Both the position numbers and the translations under genes were made by a program. The notes below the pieces were generated by a model. The model did no database searches and had not been told where the DNA came from. It worked only from the letters and a program-made list of their open reading frames with translations. Shown here one piece after another: positions 34,789-45,385 of a DNA stretch of 64,000 bases. The stretch is from contig CDRNVI010000051.1 of assembly GCA_977017575.1 (NCBI GenBank), positions 62,001-126,000 on the forward strand, read 5' to 3'. This DNA comes from Paramoeba atlantica. Taxonomy: Eukaryota; Protista; Discosea. How positions within the stretch are numbered: position 1 is the first letter of the stretch; each line of letters starts with the position of its first letter.

Positions 34789-37700
34789 TCACCAGCACGT
34801 GCCCTCACTCCACTGCTCAATGTCGCGATTATTAAAAATTTTGAAACTGCCACTAAGGGCTCTTGTTACCATATGCTGACGACATCGCGAGGCGGTGGCC
34901 TTGTTTCCACCAAAAAGGGAGTTCAGTGCTCGAGTTGAGCTGTTGAACTTTCCTCTGGCACCTACTTCAATGGCCAGGAGAAAAGTGGCTGGGTTCGACA
35001 TTTTCCGTTGTAGATACATACTGTATGTCCATACTTCTGCATCTTCCGTTCGTGTGAGGAGATAAAGTTTTCCTCCCACGGAGATGTCAGTTCGAGTATG
35101 AACTCAGAACCGTTCTTAAGTTGGACCCATCCATCAGGTCGGAGGGACGTTTCTTGCCCGCTCATCCAGGTTGGCGGATTCTGATGGTGAGCGAGGTCAA
35201 AGTGATACTGTGCGGTTTCGGGGGATTGTCGAATAGCATCTGCAAGGGCGTGTAGAATGAGATTGTGACGGAAGGTATACCGCCCCTGTTGCAGGGCGGC
35301 CTTGCAGCCTGTTAGAACGTGGCGCACAGTTTGTACGTCTTCTGTGCAAATGGGGCATTTACGGTTCGTGTGGGAACTGAGGCCCCAGCGGTGTAAGGCG
35401 GATCGGGTCGGAAGCGGTGTCTGTGTCAGAACAGATGAAGCAAATCTGGAGAGCGACGTACTTTTAATATTGCACAGAGCAGCAGCGAAGTCTTTCGCGA
35501 GGTCGTCTTCTGTAGCCATGCGAAACCACTGCCCCGCGATTGGTGCTCGACGCTGCACAGCTTCTGAGAGATGTCTTTCGTATTCATGTTCAATGTACTG
35601 CCGTGTCGATGCGTGATTTCCACTGCGGTCGTACAACTCGACGACTGGTCGCACTTGTCCGGAAGAACGTTTGTCGTGTTCACGACGGATGCGATATCTC
35701 AGCGCTTGTTGCACTGCTGGATCACGAGATTTTCTCATCTGTTCAACTGCTGTGCCTGTGCAGAGTAACCAAAGCTTAGACAGGCTGGTGAGAGCCCAGC
35801 CGCGTTCAGAGTACAGAACTTCGCTCGTAGCTGTTTTGGCCATGTTTATCCATTTTCGAATGTGTCTCGTCGCATATTTTTGTAGTCGAAGGATAAAGTT
35901 TAGTGTGATTCCTGGATTGACCGTGAGCACATATCGCAGGCGAGATATGATTACGTTATTATAGGCCCAGAGACGAGCGGGGGTATCTAGGGCACTATTG
36001 GATACATTGTTCAACCAAAATCGTAGCTGCTTTAGGAGACTTTTGAACAGTGCTTTCCCTTGTTGGGTCCCCGGCGCGAGTGTCATACCTAGGAACTGAC
36101 TTCCTTTGTCGCAAACGTTGGGAATACTCTCACCGTATGCCAAGATACGGGGTCTGTGGGTCTTATATCCGCCTTCTGCTACAGACATGTGTTGGAGACG
36201 ACATTTCGGTACGTTAAGGCGCATGCCTAACCTGGAAAGCATGTTCATCAGGGCGTTCGTCACGTGTTGCATTTTTTCAGCCGAGTTCGTGATGATAGCC
36301 AGATCGTCTGCAAAGGCTTTTAAGAACGACTCTTGGTTGCCCCATTTAATACCATAGCTAGGGAAGCTCGATCGGAGATATCGTAGAACCACTTCCATGG
36401 CGAGATTGAATAGTACGGGGGATAGCGTGTCGCCCTGGAGAACACCTCGTTTGACGGGGATGTGTTGGGTCAGCCCTTCCGAACATTTGATCCGGATAGT
36501 CGCATCATGGTATAGGGAGCGGATGTACGCGATGATTTGAGGTGATACATTTGCCCACGTTAGGACTTGAAAGAGAATGGAGTGTGGGAGAGAACCAAAC
36601 GCGTTCTTTAAGTCAAATTGACCAAGGCAGTATTGTCGTTTATGCTGTCGTTGAAAGTCCAATAGTTCACAGAGTGACTGGGTATGCTCGATAGTTCCAT
36701 TTACGTTTGGCAAAAATCCTTTTTGTATGGTTGTGTCAATTATTCCTGTCGTCACAGCATGGCTCAAGATTCTGTGGCCAATAATGGAGTGGAGTAACTT
36801 ACCAAGGCAGCTCGTAAGACTGATGGGTCTCCAGTTGGACAATTGGTTGGGAGCTCCGCCTTTGTGAATGAGTCGGGTGACGGCCTGTTTCCAATAGGGA
36901 GGGCTGACCGAATGCTTCAGTACGTCATTGAAGACTTGCGCGATGAACGGGTAGAGCTCTTCGCAGCGTCGAAGAAATGCGTTTCCCACGGTATCGGAGC
37001 CTGGGGCAGCCGAGGGGCGTTTCGAGGAGATTGCCACTGCTATGGTTGGTACGTCGATTGCTTCCCATTCCATTGCATTCTCTAGATCCAGGCCAAGGAG
37101 GTTTGTTGGAGGTAGACTATGATCTTCCGTGTCTGTGCTTAACGATTCTTGGAAAAATGTTTCTATAGCTGCTTGCGAGCAGTCTGGAAAGGTTGCCGGC
37201 TGATTTACCAGTTGCTCGTTCTTGTCAAGACACTCTCCGGCTGCTGTCCAAAGGTTTCTTTGGAACCTGTCCATCATCCAGCGTTTCTCTCGTTCTTGTT
37301 TGACTAGTTTCGCTTCTTCCGTGTACAGTTTTTGCGCTTTGGTCGCTTCTTTTATGTTGCCGATCAAGCGGTCCCTTTCTGAGCGTCCGTGGGTAAAGGA
37401 AAGAGTACGTTTCAGTTGACGGATGTGTCCTGCTAGTTGCTTCGCAGAGCAGTCATAGCTAAGGGGTCGTGTGGGGCGTTTCGCATGGCCAATTTTGGAG
37501 CGCAATTTGAACCCTTTGGTGGGGTCGAGTTCCCGTACAACTTCATAAACCGAGACATGCAAGCTGTCAGTAATTCCGTATGTAGTAGGGCTTCGCTCGG
37601 GGTTGATGCAGGCTTTAAGTACTTTTTACATCTATCCATGGCCTTCTTTATTGCCAGCTGCCATTGGTCCTGTGAGAGGCTTATCATGACCCGCCCTCCT

Positions 37701-39514
37701 TCGATCGTACGCATGGTGCTTAACAAGTATTCAGCCGTCTCGGTGTCTAATATGTTTTCATTTCGAGATCTATTCCTCTGTGAGTTCAGGATCGTGCTGT
37801 CATTCGGCCCGTGGGTCTGCCGTGGTCCGCCCCGCGGTGGGAGAGTCTGGGTAAGCGTCTGTGTGTTACTTTCAGTTCCGAAGGTTGGCGCTGGTTCCGA
37901 GGTTACGTTGTTCACCGGTGGATGTGCTGGTTGTCGTGGAGACTGGTTGATGCGGGTTTCTTCGGAGGCATTTGTGGAGCGTCTTTCGTGGCGCTGATCT
38001 CGTGGTGAACTCCGTGCGGCGCCTATTTTGGTTTCTACCTGTCTTTGGGGCTCAGAAGATGCGGATCTTTCGCTGTGACCAGCAGGTGCTTGTCCGTTTG
38101 TCTCGTTGTTAGACAGATTCCACGAGAAGAGGTTGCGTAGGCTCCAGCGGGTGGGTTCCTGCCGAGCGTCCTGAGGGCGGCTGAGTACTCCCTCCTTACA
38201 ACATTGGTGTTTGCATTCGGCCTTGTTGCGGCATACGTGCTTGCAGGGCCTGCGCGAGAGTTCTTGTTCTTCCGACGTTGTTATGTGATGCAGATTTCTG
38301 TCTGGCGGTGTCTGAGTGCGTGGGGCGGGTGAGGGAGGGGTGGCAATTACTGTTGTTTCTTCGTTTAGGGATTCAAGTCTTCTAGGGTCGATCTTTACCC
38401 CAATCTTGCAACACATGTGCTTACATTGTTGCTTGTTTTGGCAAATGTGTTTACAAGATCGTCGAGGTGTCGCGCATGTGCTAGACGTTTGTTCATCTCG
38501 AAGCCATGGTGTAGCATCAGGCCTGGCATCAGACTTTTGGATTGCACTATCTGCTCTCTGCATATCTGGGTGAGGTGAGGGGTGGTCCATAGGTTCGGGG
38601 TCAATACTGATCTTGCAACATTGGTGGAGGCATATGCGCTTGTTCAAACATCGATGAGCACACGGTTGAGTACGGCTGGGTCGAGATTCGTGGTTGGGGG
38701 TTGGTTCGTCCGTTGTACGAGGCAGCGGATGACTTCTGTTTGGTGCGTGGCCACCCGGTTCCTGTGGACGATTGTTGGTGAGCTCGGGTTCCATCCCAAC
38801 TTTGCAACACGGGTGGAGACAGGTGCGTTTATTCAAGCAGCGGTGGGCACAAGGTTGTTGCCGCACTGTCCGCGTTCCTTGTGCCGCCGCCTGGTTGGGC
38901 TTCCCGATCAGGAAAGGTTCGCCGTACTCAATCCTAGTTCTCCCAAGAGCCTTTTCCCAAGAGCCTTCATCGTGTACTTCCTTAGTGTGGACGTGGGTTA
39001 GGTCGAACGCCGCAAGTCCCGAGATGTTGTTCCCAGCCAGTTTCTTCTTGATGGCGCGTCCAAGGGTTCCAGGACAAGAGTACTGTTTATCTAGCTGTAG
39101 AGATGCGTCTGCGTGTGCTGTCGCCCAGCTAGTGTTCCGGAATATCCTGTGTGGCGGTGCAATTTCGCGGAATACGAAATGTTCGCATGCTTCCTCGTTC
39201 ATTACGTCTTGTAAAGTGCATTTTTCTACTAATATACCATCAGACCGCTTTGCTCCTGTTTCAAGGGTTCGTGCTAAGGAAAGTTCCGCTGAAATTTCGG
39301 CATTGAAGTGCCTCTTCTTGGTTAGAAAACAAGCCGCCGCGTGGATGTCAGGGAAATAGAGCCATGATGTGGAAGTTGAGTGTCTTATTTTTACAGAAAT
39401 CGCACTTTTTTGTGTGAAGTTGAAGGTATGCTTGCGTGAAGGTTTTGCGCCAGCAGATCCTCGAGGGAGGTCGCCTTGCGCCTGGGGGGCAGAGGTAGTG
39501 GTGTGGAGTGACAT
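34789..39514 (-). pseudogene. Retrotransposon 2 polyprotein with two frameshifts (~37560 and ~35030)
   Basis: ORFs 37433-39619, 34962-37562 and 34789-35079 are colinear with the single ORF of element 1; likely ATG at 39514 (MSLHTTT). Confidence 0.85.
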
Positions 39515-39549
39515 GCCCCTGTAGGGGTGATAACAGTTAGTACAAAAGA

Positions 39550-39575
39550 CAACAAGGTACAGAAACTGTATCTTT
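39550..39575 (-). ncRNA. Spliced-leader 3'-end-like sequence at the 5' end of retrotransposon 2
   Basis: Minus strand AAAGATACAGTTTCTGTACCTTGTTG, ending ~36 nt before the ATG. Confidence 0.78.
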
Positions 39576-39655
39576 ATGATCTTTATAATCTTTATAAGTA
39601 TGATTATAAGTATAATCATTATAAATCTTTATAATCTTTATGATCTTTATAATCT
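39571..39655 (-). repeat. Reiterated (Y)ATAAAGAT 9-mers
   Basis: Six ATAAAGAT copies on the minus strand, the last running into the SL-like sequence. Confidence 0.85.
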
Positions 39656-39659
39656 CTCC

Positions 39660-39995
39660 AAACTTCGAGGCAATAAAGAAAAATCGAGTGCCACTCAACG
39701 CATTGTTGGAAACATCCAAACGTTTTACAGATCGTGTATGTTCCCAATGCAATGTCCCACACAATTTTCGACCATACCAAGCAATGACAATAACTTCCCC
39801 CTCGTCATTGCCTACCACTCCATCCCACGCACATGCAGGTGTGGCAGTGCTCGACGATTCATGTGGGCTTTCGACATCGCTAATAAACTTTTCAAGTTCG
39901 TATTCCTGTGGAAGAAATTCGCCCCTTACCTTTGCCGCACGTGACGTTGAGCTCCCGGAAGTGTTTGTGAAATGAGGAAGACGGCCAAAATGCAT
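39660..39995 (-). pseudogene. 3'-truncated LRR gene
   Basis: SRAAKVRGEFLPQEYEL, ACAWDGVV cap and one LRR, then broken by the repeats and retroelement. Confidence 0.8.
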
Positions 39996-40399
39996 AGGGC
40001 AAATTGTACTTATACAAAATACCTATACGAAGTGAAACATAAAATCTGATGTATTGCTTAAGAATTTGAGTAATAAAGAAGTAAAGGACTTGAATAACTG
40101 AACAAATCCTTCCCCAAAGATAGGCTCAAAGTGGCCTATGTTCTTTCGTTATGGGAACACCATTCTGATGGCGACGAACTCATGAACTTCCTCAAGCGAA
40201 TGTTCAATGTTTAATGAGCTCTCGAATCCGGTGCTATTTTCCAAAACTCGATAAGTTTTACAAATTTTAGACCCCCTAGATTTTCGTGCATCCTCCTGTA
40301 TGGGGGAAAACACATTCAAATTCACTGGTTCGCTTCGAATATGGTGCTAGTAGCGCCGAAATAATGTTGAAACTGTCATGCTAAGTTCTACGAGAAAAC

Positions 40400-41430
40400 T
40401 GCCCTGACGCTTGGCTCCGGAATCTAGAGTCGCAGCTACTGTGCTGCTTGGACAAACTAAAAAAGTGGTTCCTGACGAGATTGAAGAATTGTGTATTAAG
40501 CTTGACCAGGTCCGTTCGTCTACCGAAAAGCACCGATTCTTTGCAAAGTACACTCCTCTCATATTGAAGGCTGTTGAAACGGTGAGAAGAACTCGTGTTG
40601 TGGTGATTCCGAAACTCGGAGGCATAGCAAGATGGTGCGTGGACAGGTTTACTGTTATTTATAAGCATGTTATCTTCGCCTTTTGCGGTATGTTTTTAGT
40701 GGGCCATTTTTGGTTTTGAGTGCACCTACTTTTTAATGCAGTGACACTATTGTCAATGTAAATACTAAGTGTAAAATACACGTAGTATTTACGAACACAG
40801 ATATTATTTACATATTCGTATTATTTACATGTAAATAATAACTGTGGGGGTTGATGCTTCCCTTGCGCAAAGACGATCAACGTCCGTGCATGCTCCATCC
40901 TTACAAATGCTTGATTACAAGGATTGTGGAGGAGCTCCTTTTTTATGGAATACCGGTTGAGAAATGTCTACTTTGGTCTTGACTTCGCGAAACCGTGACG
41001 GGTTTGATTATTAATGATGCAAATACAAAATATCTTGTAGATCAAGTAAAAGATAAAGCTAATCAGCAACGGTCTCGCCGAGCGTGAGGAGTCTTTTGCG
41101 GGAGAACAAGTAATTCGAAAGATGAAAAGCGTAGCGCAACTCCAGTAGTTGCAATTTCCTTGGACGGGGGTCTTTTGCCGCCATTTGTCGTATGGAGCGG
41201 TAAAGAAGGCTACGCAGGGGTCACGTGCAAACTTTTTCACAAGCTATTCCGTACCAAACCCAAAATCATTATAAAGATTGATACGGAAGCTTACATGAAT
41301 ATCTGCAATCCGCGCTTAATCCTTACTACGAAACAACAAAAGAACTTAACGAATAAGGATTTTCTTTTGGGGGAAAAAGAGGGTAATTCCACCAAAAATA
41401 ATGGATTATCTACTTTTCATGAATGGTAAA
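40400..41430 (+). pseudogene. Degenerate pogo-like transposase fragments
   Basis: DGGLLPPFVVWSGK motif at 41160; the rest is weak. Confidence 0.35.
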
Positions 41431-41538
41431 TTACGAAAATTTCCCATTATATTTTTCACATTCCTCATTTTTATCTGACTTCTACCCCTTTGCCTGAATT
41501 CGTTCGTTTTTTTATACTCCGGCAAAAAGCGAGGGTCA

Positions 41539-41803
41539 TTGGATCTTTTCCCGGCTCTCATTCGGGAGTGTGAATTAATCGGCTGGAACCAAACGACGGA
41601 GATTCAAAGCCAAACATTTGAGCCTCTACTTCGGGGACGAGATCTTATTGGTGATGGACGGGGAAGGCATGGTCAAACGGGGGTTACGGTTTTGCAATCA
41701 CCCAGCACATTTTGGGGGTGAGATAAAAGGCTGTGCGCTTGTTCTTGTCCCGACGCGAGAGCTCGCAGACCCGGTGGGGGTAATTTTGCCGGAACAAATC
41801 TAA
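41539..41803 (+). pseudogene. DEAD-box RNA helicase N-terminal fragment
   Basis: Q-motif WNQTTEIQSQT..LLRGRDLIG, degenerate Walker A, and motif Ia ALVLVPTRELA in a shifted frame. Confidence 0.75.
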
Positions 41804-42028
41804 CATTTTAACTTTTCCGTGGAAACTACTAAAAAATATTTCTTTTTTTTGCATTGTATGCGGTTAAACAGACAATACGATATGTTTTTGTATTTCTTTT
41901 TTTTTTAAAACGCGTTTAACAATCTTTCCTCCTAGGTTCCGTGTTTTGGAAAACCCATTCTTTTAAAAAATCTCGGACACCATTTTGAAGCATTTTTTAA
42001 AGTAACGCGGTAGTAACTAGAATAGATT

Positions 42029-42871
42029 TCACAATTTGACACAATTTGGAATCGACGCGGACTGAACGTGCAAATTATGTTTATTTCCACTTAAATCCAG
42101 ATTACGCATGGCTGAAGGCAATGTATCAAACCATACTTTCCCAGTAAATGCGTTGTCCCTAAGAGTTAGCATACGTAATGCGTGCGGAAGATTTCGAAAC
42201 TCCAACTCACCATCAAGCCTATTCTGTGACAGGAATAAAATTTCCAGTTGCTTCGGAAGATTTGTTAAGTCCACGCTCCCAACGAATCTATTTCCTTGAA
42301 GATAGAGTTTGAGTAGCGCTGCGGGCAACAAAGTTAAATTTATGCTTCCCGAAAAACAGTTCTGAGGCAAAGAAAACACTTTTAAAGAAGGGGGAAGTGC
42401 CGTCAGGTCAAGCTCACCGGAAAACTTTGTTCCAGATGACCAAAGTTCTTCGAACTCTTCGGGGAGGGATCCGGCATCAAAGGCTCCATGAAAGGGGTTA
42501 TATTGAAGGTTTAAATAAGTGAGTTTAGGGGGAAGTGCAGCAACCGGAACAGTTCCACTAAGCCTATTACCTCCCACACGAATATTGCTCACAGTGTGGG
42601 GTAGGCTGCTCCAGGTAAGATTACCCCTTACTACCATGGACGACCAAATGATGGATACGACTTCATCATCGGAATTACAAGCGACACCGACCCATAAACA
42701 TGCCCGTGTTATATTCTTGGTAATTCCTGGCTTTGGCTCAAGATTCTCAATAAATTGTGCCATTTGTATGTCTTGTGAGAGGATGGCTCCTCGCACTTTA
42801 CCCAGACGTGTTCTCGTGCAGGTTGAATCTGCAAGTGCAGCTTTTCTGAGGATTTGAAATGACATAGACAT
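42029..42871 (-). CDS. LRR family protein, 280 aa
   Basis: Close paralog of 1482-2315. Confidence 0.88.
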   Translation of the reverse strand: MSMSFQILRKAALADSTCTRTRLGKVRGAILSQDIQMAQFIENLEPKPGITKNITRACLWVGVACNSDDEVVSIIWSSMVVRGNLTWSSLPHTVSNIRVGGNRLSGTVPVAALPPKLTYLNLQYNPFHGAFDAGSLPEEFEELWSSGTKFSGELDLTALPPSLKVFSLPQNCFSGSINLTLLPAALLKLYLQGNRFVGSVDLTNLPKQLEILFLSQNRLDGELEFRNLPHALRMLTLRDNAFTGKVWFDTLPSAMRNLDLSGNKHNLHVQSASIPNCVKL

Positions 42872-43842
42872 GTAATAACTACAATGTATGAGTCATATAT
42901 GAATGTGTGGTACCCACTACACCATTCACATATAGACTACTGTTAGACCCCCGACATACATGTTTTCTCCTCCCTGACTATCTTATATTTTTGTTTCCTA
43001 CCGTATACCCCCCCCCCCCGAGTAATAGAACCGATTTTGGGCCAAAATGACCAAATCCTTGTTACTGGGGGGGTATGTTTTATTGGTGGGGAAAGACCTT
43101 TTTTGTTCATGAGTGCGTTGATTTTCTGTCCAGCCAGCCCGACAACCACGCCATTTGCTCCCGCCCAGCTACCCCCACCTGCCCAGCCACCCCCACCCCC
43201 CTTCCAACCACCCTCCCGAGCCACCTTATAGCTATGCTTAAGATCACCGATAAGCTGTATGCTTTGGACCCCTCTTTTCTCGGCGACATTTCACCCTTTG
43301 TTCCGTGCACCACGCATCATAGCTTTTATCGTGCTTTCGAAGATGCCTTTCTGCCGATATGTAATCGGTCTGTAGACCTCTTGCCGTCAAAAAACGTTTT
43401 TTGCTATTTTCAAGACACAATTTGCATTACACCATCTGCTTGTCGCCCTCTGCACGAGGTACTTGAGCAAAGAATTCTTTACAAAAACCCGGGTGCGCTT
43501 TTCCATCAGAAAAAAGAGTATCGTGTATTGTATAGAGGCCTACTAACAAACTGTAATGAATACAGGCGAATCAAAATCATGATGAAAGAAAATTCTGCGA
43601 TTCTAAAGTATACGATGAAAAAAAGTTTTTGAAAGTTTTTAGAAAAAAAATAAAGTAACTTTAAAGTACTTTCTTGAAAGTTTTAAAATCCGCGAACCCC
43701 GGATAAAACCGAAAGAATTTCGTAACAAACTTGTTTTAGAACAGAGTAATTGTTTTGAGAAAAAGAACCAAAATACAGACTGAATTAGAATACTGACTTT
43801 GAAGCTGAACGGTTGCATTCCCGTATTACGTTGGTCTGAGAT

Positions 43843-44874
43843 CTATTTTTGATTTGTAGTAATTTGAACGCAGGCAGGTAAGGGTAAGGAAGGTTTCAGT
43901 TCATATTTGTTGTTTAGAATTGCCAAATCGATCAGCGAACCAGGAAGAGAACTAAAATCTATCGGTCCTGTAAATGCGTTCCCGTTGAGTTCGAGCACTG
44001 TCAACGTGGATGGCAAGGAACTTAGTACGATTTCTCCCGTGAAACAGTTAAAGCTTAAAAGAAGCGAGTTTAATCTAGATGGAAGACTTCGTAAGTCTAG
44101 TTCACCATCCAGTGCATTTTCCGATAAGTGCAAAGAGTAAAGTCTGTTAGGAAGTCGGGTCAGATCCACGCGCCCAGTAAAAGTGTTATTCTGCAAGTAC
44201 AGGTAGCAGAGATTCGATGGGAGCATTGTTAAGTCTAACGCTCCCATGAATCGGTTATTTCGCGCGGAAAATGTTTCCAAGAGGGGGGGGAGTGATGTCA
44301 AGTCGAGAATGCCAGAAAAATGTGTTTTGGCTGACCAGAACTGAGCCATGCAATTTGGAAGAGAGCCTACGTCAAGATCACCGAAAAAATCATTCGACTG
44401 AATGTTTATATTCGTAAGATTACGTGGAAGATTCATCGTTGGAAGAAGTCCTGTAAGCGCATTATTTCCTAAACGCAGTAGTGCGACAGTAGAGGGAAGA
44501 TATTCCCAGGACACATTGCCTGCTAGATGTTTGCTCATCCACTCCACCCTGACAACCTCTTTACTCAAATTACAGTGCACGCCGCTCCACGAACAAGGTG
44601 AACTTTGGTCAAAGTTCATAATCATAGAGGTTTTCATTTTTGAGATGAACTGAGCCATTAGTATTTCTTGAGAGAGCATAGCACCCCGTACTTTGCCACG
44701 TCGTGGATAGTGACTTGATTCCTCTTTATACGTATCCGCCGTTAACACACGCCATGTGAGCCGGTTCATAATGTTACTTCTTACAGAGCTACAAAGTTCA
44801 ATAGAGAGGTAAAGGTACATTGTCCCCCTAAGTTGTTGTAAGTAAACACGAAGACGTAAATGCCGTGACAACAC
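43843..44874 (-). CDS. LRR family protein (343-aa ORF; true start probably later, MNRLTW)
   Basis: RRGKVRGAMLSQEILM, PCSWSGVHC cap, more LRRs than the 277-283-aa copies. Confidence 0.85.
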   Translation of the reverse strand: MLSRHLRLRVYLQQLRGTMYLYLSIELCSSVRSNIMNRLTWRVLTADTYKEESSHYPRRGKVRGAMLSQEILMAQFISKMKTSMIMNFDQSSPCSWSGVHCNLSKEVVRVEWMSKHLAGNVSWEYLPSTVALLRLGNNALTGLLPTMNLPRNLTNINIQSNDFFGDLDVGSLPNCMAQFWSAKTHFSGILDLTSLPPLLETFSARNNRFMGALDLTMLPSNLCYLYLQNNTFTGRVDLTRLPNRLYSLHLSENALDGELDLRSLPSRLNSLLLSFNCFTGEIVLSSLPSTLTVLELNGNAFTGPIDFSSLPGSLIDLAILNNKYELKPSLPLPACVQITTNQK

Positions 44875-45385
44875 TTGGTGTACTCAAATAGCATAAATTG
44901 AGTTAACGGCTTATGACCGTAACATACCATTATGACCGTAATTATCGTAAATGGGGGAGTACCGTATTTTATTCATCTAGATAAAGGATTCCCGAATGAA
45001 CCCTTCTCACACAGAGGTTCTTGCAGCCCCGGGTTACACGCATTTTATGCGGAGGTCTGTTTGGAGGGGTTGTGAAATAATAAAAAGATTTGGAAGACTT
45101 CCAATTAATGGCGCTTTAAGCGAAAATCACCCTAGAGCAGCACCACCTGACACATCATACTAGATTACCCCATCAAGCAACATGCCAAAACGTGTTTCTC
45201 CATGTTCCTTCTTTCACAAGACGGGAATTTTTGCTTTGTGTGTTGTAAGTGCGCTGTAGGCCTGCGCAGAGGCGTTGAGCCCGACGAAAACATGGATTAC
45301 ACCTTTTCGTACTCTGCAACACCACTTTCGACGCCTCGTCGGACCACATCCTTATCTAAGTGTATGGCCCTTTTGCTACGTCGCC

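Larger units (their letters stand above)
34685..39575 (-). mobile_element. Non-LTR retrotransposon 2, RT + RLE (HERO-like), full length
   Basis: WRPISLTSCLGK, QKGFLP, DLKNAFGSLPH, GVLQGDTLSP, AFADDL; CPIC...HVLTGC knuckle, GRYTFRHN, RPDGW, LELTSPWE, RKMQKY, IEVGARG. Confidence 0.93.

Noticed and set aside
37433-37562. Programmed frameshift or two-ORF organisation in element 2
   Set aside because: The homologous region is in-frame in element 1, so a small indel is the simpler explanation
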